This document shows positions 59,651-64,000 of a stretch of 64,000 nt of DNA, in pieces. The position numbers and the translations under genes are program-made. How positions within the stretch are numbered: position 1 is the first letter of the stretch; each line of letters opens with the position of its first letter. Below the pieces are notes generated by a model, which was not told the DNA's origin, made no database searches, and was given only the letters and a program-made list of their open reading frames with translations. Source of the DNA: a virus (lineage: Duplodnaviria > Caudoviricetes); the IMG/VR virus record IMGVR_UViG_3300012173_000004, positions 39,044 to 103,043 of that record; one strand, 5' to 3'.

Positions 59651-62208
59651 TGGATCAGCCAGTTTCTCCACCATTACTTCAAGGCCATTATTCAGTAGAT
59701 GATACGCCTTGTAAGAGTTGTCCTCTTTGGGAAACTTCTGTTTCAGGTGCTATTCGCCGCAGTGCTGTTTATGGCCGTGGAACGGGCCGCTATGGTTTAA
59801 TGTTCATTACCCCCACAGTTAACACTGCGGATCTTCTTAATGGACGCCCTTTGACAAGCAGAACTACTTCTGCTTTGTTTTCTGATCTTCTGCGCCAAGT
59901 TGGTATCTCCGAATCTGAGTGTTTTATTACGTCTACTACTAGATGCCGCCCCCCAGGAGATCGTTTACCTGAGGCCAGTGAATACAAGGCCTGTTTTGTT
60001 AAACACGGCAAAATTGATTTTCCAAGTACTCGTCCAAAGCTGATAATGTTACTTGGAGCTATCAGTTTGAAGGCAATTTTGGGTTTACCTAAGATCACTG
60101 AACGTCGGGGTATTTTTTATGATTGTGATATCTTTGGTGATCCTCCTATCAAGGCAATGGCCACGTTTCACCCTGATGCTGTTCTTGTAAAACCGGCATA
60201 TGGCCAAACAGTATTATCAGATCTTAGACGAGCCCGAGAATTTGTAGAAGATATCAAGGTCACTAGCACGTTGCCTACCAATAATAAGATTCTTGTTCGG
60301 GACAAGGAACAATTCACGTTATTAACAGAGTTTCTAAGGACTCAGGCTAAAGAAATAGCAGTTGACTTAGAAACAACAGGCCTTTCCTTTTACCGTAATG
60401 AAATAGCATCCATCAGTTTTTCATGTACTCTTGAGGATGGTAATATGTTAAGTGTAGGTATACTTACTAGACCCAAGGTTGGTTGGTGGCACGCCGAGTT
60501 AAAAGATCCCTGGGTCAAAGGTATATTTACTCAGCTTTTTAACAATCATGAAATTGCCTTTATCTTTCATAACGGAGACTTTGATACAAAGTTTCTTTGG
60601 TTCAATGGCTATTATGTTAAGAACAGTTATGATACCATTGATGCCCACTTGTTATTGGATGAGAATAGTTCCCATAAATTAAAGGATTTAACTACCTTAT
60701 TCATTGCTGAGAAGGCAGGTTACCAACACAAGATTCTTGAAGAAGTAGGTGATCCAGCTGAAATTGCCAATGCTTCTCCTGAAGTACTTCTGGATTATAA
60801 CACTGATGATACCTACACCACTAAGGTGCTTAAGGATCAATTTGAAATTCGTTTACGCAAGGAAGATTTGTGGGACTTTTATGTTGATCATGCCATGCCT
60901 ACACGCAGAGTATTTACTAAGATTTCATTTCGGGGTATCATGGTAGATCGTCCGCGTGTTCTAGAAACATCTTCTCTTTACAGGGCTAAGATCAAAGCAC
61001 TTGAAAAGGATCTTTTTAGTGCCGTAGGTTCTACGTTTGAATGGACTTCATATCAGCAGCTTGCAGACATGTTATATGTGAAGTTACATTTGCCTGTTTT
61101 TGCTACAACCAAAAAGGGCAAGCCTTCAACTAACAAGGAAACATTAAAGTTATTAGAAGACAAGCATATTGCCCCTGCACTTATCATCAAAATGAAGCAT
61201 ATGCAGAAGATGCTTACCACTTACCTTGATGGCGATGATGGCATGGGCAACATCAAAGGAGGCATGCTACAGTACCTTGACCATAATGACCGTATACATT
61301 CTGATTTTTTAACACATGGCACAACTAGCGGTCGACCTTCAGCAAAAGCTCCAAGTCTTTTAACTATTCCACGTGATCCTGAGATACGCATGAATTTCAT
61401 GGCTCCTCCTGGGTGGGTTTTAATAGACTGCGATTATTCACAAGCTGAACTGGTATTACTAGCTTTTCTTTCAGGTGACCCTAGATTGATAGAGGCCGTG
61501 ACTTCTGATGACATGCATTTACATACTCAGCTCAACATGATGCGCCTTACGATGGATAAGGTAAATAAGGAAACTCGTGTCATTGCTAAGACCATTAATT
61601 TTCGAAAAGCATATCGTGGAGGTGGTAGAGGAGCAGCTGGTGTACTGAAGATGACTGAAGATGAAGCTGAAGCTTTGTTTAAAAAATGGGACGAAACTTA
61701 TTATATGGTCCCCCAGTGGTGGGCTGAACAGGAACGCCAATGGCGCGAACGTGCTGTGATTGATGGCATTTATGGTAGACGTAGACACTTCCCGCCCGCG
61801 TACGATCGAAAGACGGCAGCTTACTATGATCGTCTGTCTGCGAACTTTCCTTGTCAGAATGGTGTGGCAGATACTACTAATAGAAGTCTGTATACCATTG
61901 ACGCTGCTTTAGAAAGACTTTTTGGTTGGTCTTTAGAAACGATGTATCAAGTTCCAGGCATTGTTCTATCTGTGCATGATGCTATCATCTCTGAGGCTCC
62001 TGAAGAACATGCAGAAGACATTTGTAGCTTAATGACTGAGATTATGCGTCTTCCATTACCCAAGATAAATATTTCTTTAAAACTTGACTCTAAGCTAGTA
62101 CACCGTTGGGGCGAAGAAGCTACTAAGGAAAAAGACAAGGTTGTTGAGAAGACAATTGAAGATGATATTCGTGAAGAACTACGTGACGACCAGGTAAGGA
62201 GATTTTAA
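59650..62208 (+). CDS. polA: family A DNA polymerase with N-terminal family-4 UDG-like domain and 3'-5' exonuclease
   Basis: CKSCPL, CRPP, FHP (UDG-like); DLETTG, HNGDFD, YNTDD (exonuclease); DYSQAEL, AKTINF, VHD (polymerase). Confidence 0.93.
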   Translation: MDQPVSPPLLQGHYSVDDTPCKSCPLWETSVSGAIRRSAVYGRGTGRYGLMFITPTVNTADLLNGRPLTSRTTSALFSDLLRQVGISESECFITSTTRCRPPGDRLPEASEYKACFVKHGKIDFPSTRPKLIMLLGAISLKAILGLPKITERRGIFYDCDIFGDPPIKAMATFHPDAVLVKPAYGQTVLSDLRRAREFVEDIKVTSTLPTNNKILVRDKEQFTLLTEFLRTQAKEIAVDLETTGLSFYRNEIASISFSCTLEDGNMLSVGILTRPKVGWWHAELKDPWVKGIFTQLFNNHEIAFIFHNGDFDTKFLWFNGYYVKNSYDTIDAHLLLDENSSHKLKDLTTLFIAEKAGYQHKILEEVGDPAEIANASPEVLLDYNTDDTYTTKVLKDQFEIRLRKEDLWDFYVDHAMPTRRVFTKISFRGIMVDRPRVLETSSLYRAKIKALEKDLFSAVGSTFEWTSYQQLADMLYVKLHLPVFATTKKGKPSTNKETLKLLEDKHIAPALIIKMKHMQKMLTTYLDGDDGMGNIKGGMLQYLDHNDRIHSDFLTHGTTSGRPSAKAPSLLTIPRDPEIRMNFMAPPGWVLIDCDYSQAELVLLAFLSGDPRLIEAVTSDDMHLHTQLNMMRLTMDKVNKETRVIAKTINFRKAYRGGGRGAAGVLKMTEDEAEALFKKWDETYYMVPQWWAEQERQWRERAVIDGIYGRRRHFPPAYDRKTAAYYDRLSANFPCQNGVADTTNRSLYTIDAALERLFGWSLETMYQVPGIVLSVHDAIISEAPEEHAEDICSLMTEIMRLPLPKINISLKLDSKLVHRWGEEATKEKDKVVEKTIEDDIREELRDDQVRRF

Positions 62209-62705
62209 TGCGCATTGTTTTTACCGGTAGTCATGGTGTTGGTAAGAGTACTTTATTTGATCGAATTTACTCTCTAATACCCTTGCCTTTTGCCTTTGAT
62301 AGTTTTGTAAGGAACCATCCTAATCTCAAAAATTACAGTGCACGTACACAACAGCGTTATATTGACTTTTGCTACATATGGAAGCAATATTTGACGCCTT
62401 CTTACATAGCCTCTAGATCTATCTATGATACTTGGGCATATGCCAAGCTTACTGTGCATCCAGACTTTCACTACCATCTAATGAAATGGGCTGTGCGCCA
62501 CATTTGGTATGACTACGTGTTCTATGTTCCTATCGAATTTCCTTTGGTAAATGATGGCGTGCGCTTTAGCGATCCCAGTTTTCAAATAGCTCATGATAAG
62601 ACTTTGAAGTTGATACTTGATTACCACGGGGTCCCGTATCATACAATAAGAGGTACAGTTGATGAGCGTGTTCAGCAGGTAAAGGATATTCTGGGATATG
62701 ATTAA
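62208..62705 (+). CDS. P-loop nucleotide kinase-like protein (AAA_28/NadR-like)
   Basis: FTGSHGVGKSTL, RSIYD, YDYVFY, DGVR, GTVDER. Confidence 0.8.
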   Translation: MRIVFTGSHGVGKSTLFDRIYSLIPLPFAFDSFVRNHPNLKNYSARTQQRYIDFCYIWKQYLTPSYIASRSIYDTWAYAKLTVHPDFHYHLMKWAVRHIWYDYVFYVPIEFPLVNDGVRFSDPSFQIAHDKTLKLILDYHGVPYHTIRGTVDERVQQVKDILGYD

Positions 62706-63519
62706 ACAACCAGCATTATTACACACCCTACCCCTACACTACTTGAATGTTGTAGGGCCAGAATCAAATTTTTATATAGAGTCTGAGTATTGTTTAGAAA
62801 GTCTAATTTACAGGGGGTTCTTTAATGGAGTTGATTGCAGTAATTCAATTCTTGATTGTGGCGTTGGTATTAATGCTGACGTTTCGCAGGTTAATCCTAC
62901 GGTCACCGGTGACCGTGATTGGGCTGTTAAGTATTTTGAGCTTGCAGATATTTTGGGACCTGGTGTCGTCGTTGCCCCAGATATCCTAGGTTGTGCGGCG
63001 GCGACGCGTAAAAACTTTCAACTATACACTGAGATTAGTCCCTTACGGACTACTTGGATGTATGTGATACAAGGACAAACAATTGCAGAAGCAGAGGCAG
63101 AAATTGAGTGGGCCATCGCATCACCGACCGTCATCATGGTTGGTTTTCCTCGTGTTGTTCATTATTATGGCGATCCAGTTGATAGCGAAGCGCTAGGTAA
63201 AGTACGATGTCGCCTTATTGAACATTTTTTTAATAGGCTGGTATCAGCGGGTATGCGCATTCATATTTTAGGTATGAACAGTTTTGCTGAACTTCGTTTT
63301 GCAGCTGAATTGGGCATGTCTATTGATAGTCGTATTGCCTCGTTACTGGCAGTAGCTGGTTTGCAAGTGGATCCCACGCATCCTTTAAATAGACCGAAGG
63401 GTCTGCGAGTTGACATACTTCAACACTACAGCGTAGAAACATTAGAATTGATTGAAACTAATGTCTTTACTCTCAATGATTTTTTTGATAGCCTATGTCC
63501 GAAGAACCCGCTAACATAA
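62698..63519 (+). CDS. divergent TGT/DpdA-like (beta/alpha)8 protein
   Basis: Motif order ILDCG, APD, VIQG, VG, IHILG, SIDS mirrors transglycosylase barrels. Confidence 0.55.
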   Translation: MIKQPALLHTLPLHYLNVVGPESNFYIESEYCLESLIYRGFFNGVDCSNSILDCGVGINADVSQVNPTVTGDRDWAVKYFELADILGPGVVVAPDILGCAAATRKNFQLYTEISPLRTTWMYVIQGQTIAEAEAEIEWAIASPTVIMVGFPRVVHYYGDPVDSEALGKVRCRLIEHFFNRLVSAGMRIHILGMNSFAELRFAAELGMSIDSRIASLLAVAGLQVDPTHPLNRPKGLRVDILQHYSVETLELIETNVFTLNDFFDSLCPKNPLT

Positions 63520-63905
63520 ACACAGTCCTGCAGGTCAATGAATTAAATCTGCAGGGTGAGATGGCTCAGTGTCCAGCTTGGTTTTACTACTATGCTGCTC
63601 TAGCTATTGACGCTGAGGAGGGCGCAGACACTGCCACTCTCGCAGTCGAAACCTATGAGCAACTCTTAGCCGGAGATTATAAGAAACTACCGGCGATGAG
63701 CGATTTGACGCAAACAGAAATTAAGCGTCATTTTAGAAGTGATCCTAAGTGGCAAGCTTTAAAAGAACAGGAAACTAAGTTACGCACCAATGCAAAGTTA
63801 CTTGACAAGGCAGCGAAAGCATTAGAGATGAAGTCTCGTATGCTCATGTCAATTAACAAGCGGGATATGTACAAAAAGGGTGTTTTCACAGTTGAGCAAG
63901 ACTAA
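63495..63905 (+). CDS. UvsY-like helical protein
   Basis: All-helical; 'SDPKWQ..ALEMKSRML.S'; replication context. Confidence 0.6.
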   Translation: MSEEPANINTVLQVNELNLQGEMAQCPAWFYYYAALAIDAEEGADTATLAVETYEQLLAGDYKKLPAMSDLTQTEIKRHFRSDPKWQALKEQETKLRTNAKLLDKAAKALEMKSRMLMSINKRDMYKKGVFTVEQD

Positions 63906-63928
63906 CAAGGAAATTTAAGGAGAAAACG

Positions 63929-64000
63929 ATGACGGTATACACATATAATCCAGATAACCAAAAAAAGCTTACGCCTGTGGCAAATGAGCCTTTTTTGAAG
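63929..64000 (+). CDS. partial ORF at window edge
   Basis: AAGGAG SD plus ATG, open to the window end. Confidence 0.55.
   Translation, partial: MTVYTYNPDNQKKLTPVANEPFLK

Noticed and set aside
4869-62208. Inteins or introns in RNR, helicases or PolA
   Set aside because: ORFs are continuous and of compact length, with no splicing motifs or homing endonucleases seen.
811-62726. Minus-strand ORFs in the track
   Set aside because: All are short shadows of + strand genes with no recognisable motifs.
1-64000. Alternative genetic code
   Set aside because: Conserved genes are full length in the standard code, and TAA, TAG and TGA all terminate genes.

Overview
This 64-kb window is a segment of a large, probably lytic, tailed dsDNA bacteriophage. 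Essentially all genes are on the + strand, and no integrase, CRISPR array or IS element is visible. 0-15.6 kb holds virion-type genes, a GH108 endolysin and a nucleotide-metabolism cassette (class II RNR, PRTase, DUF5664 dNTP diphosphohydrolase, dCMP deaminase, HAD phosphatase). 15.7-22.6 kb holds small accessory genes. A largely gene-free stretch at 22.6-23.2 kb precedes an early-type region (23-45 kb) of small ORFs punctuated by about 14 copies of a GAGCCA(C/A)WAATT motif; this region also has Fic, NADAR, DNA ligase, RNA ligase and tRNA-Tyr genes. 45-64 kb is the recombination/replication module (SbcCD, toprim protein, ThyX, helicases, primase, dUTPase, UDG-fused PolA, UvsY-like). The main points of interest are: (1) a complete preQ0 pathway (folE, queD, queE, queC) plus a PolA with unusual motif substitutions, coupled to a kinase-like gene and a divergent TGT/DpdA-like gene, which suggests 7-deazaguanine DNA possibly made at the nucleotide level; (2) a cluster of unannotated structured elements between folE and thyX, including a 170-nt rod with a two-fold symmetric bubble; (3) pseudoknot candidates on both sides of queC; (4) a tRNA-like element lacking its anticodon arm; (5) three dispersed paralogous wHTH-like proteins behind the GAGCCA motif. 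All calls come from motif recognition and pairing by eye; no searches or folding programs were run.
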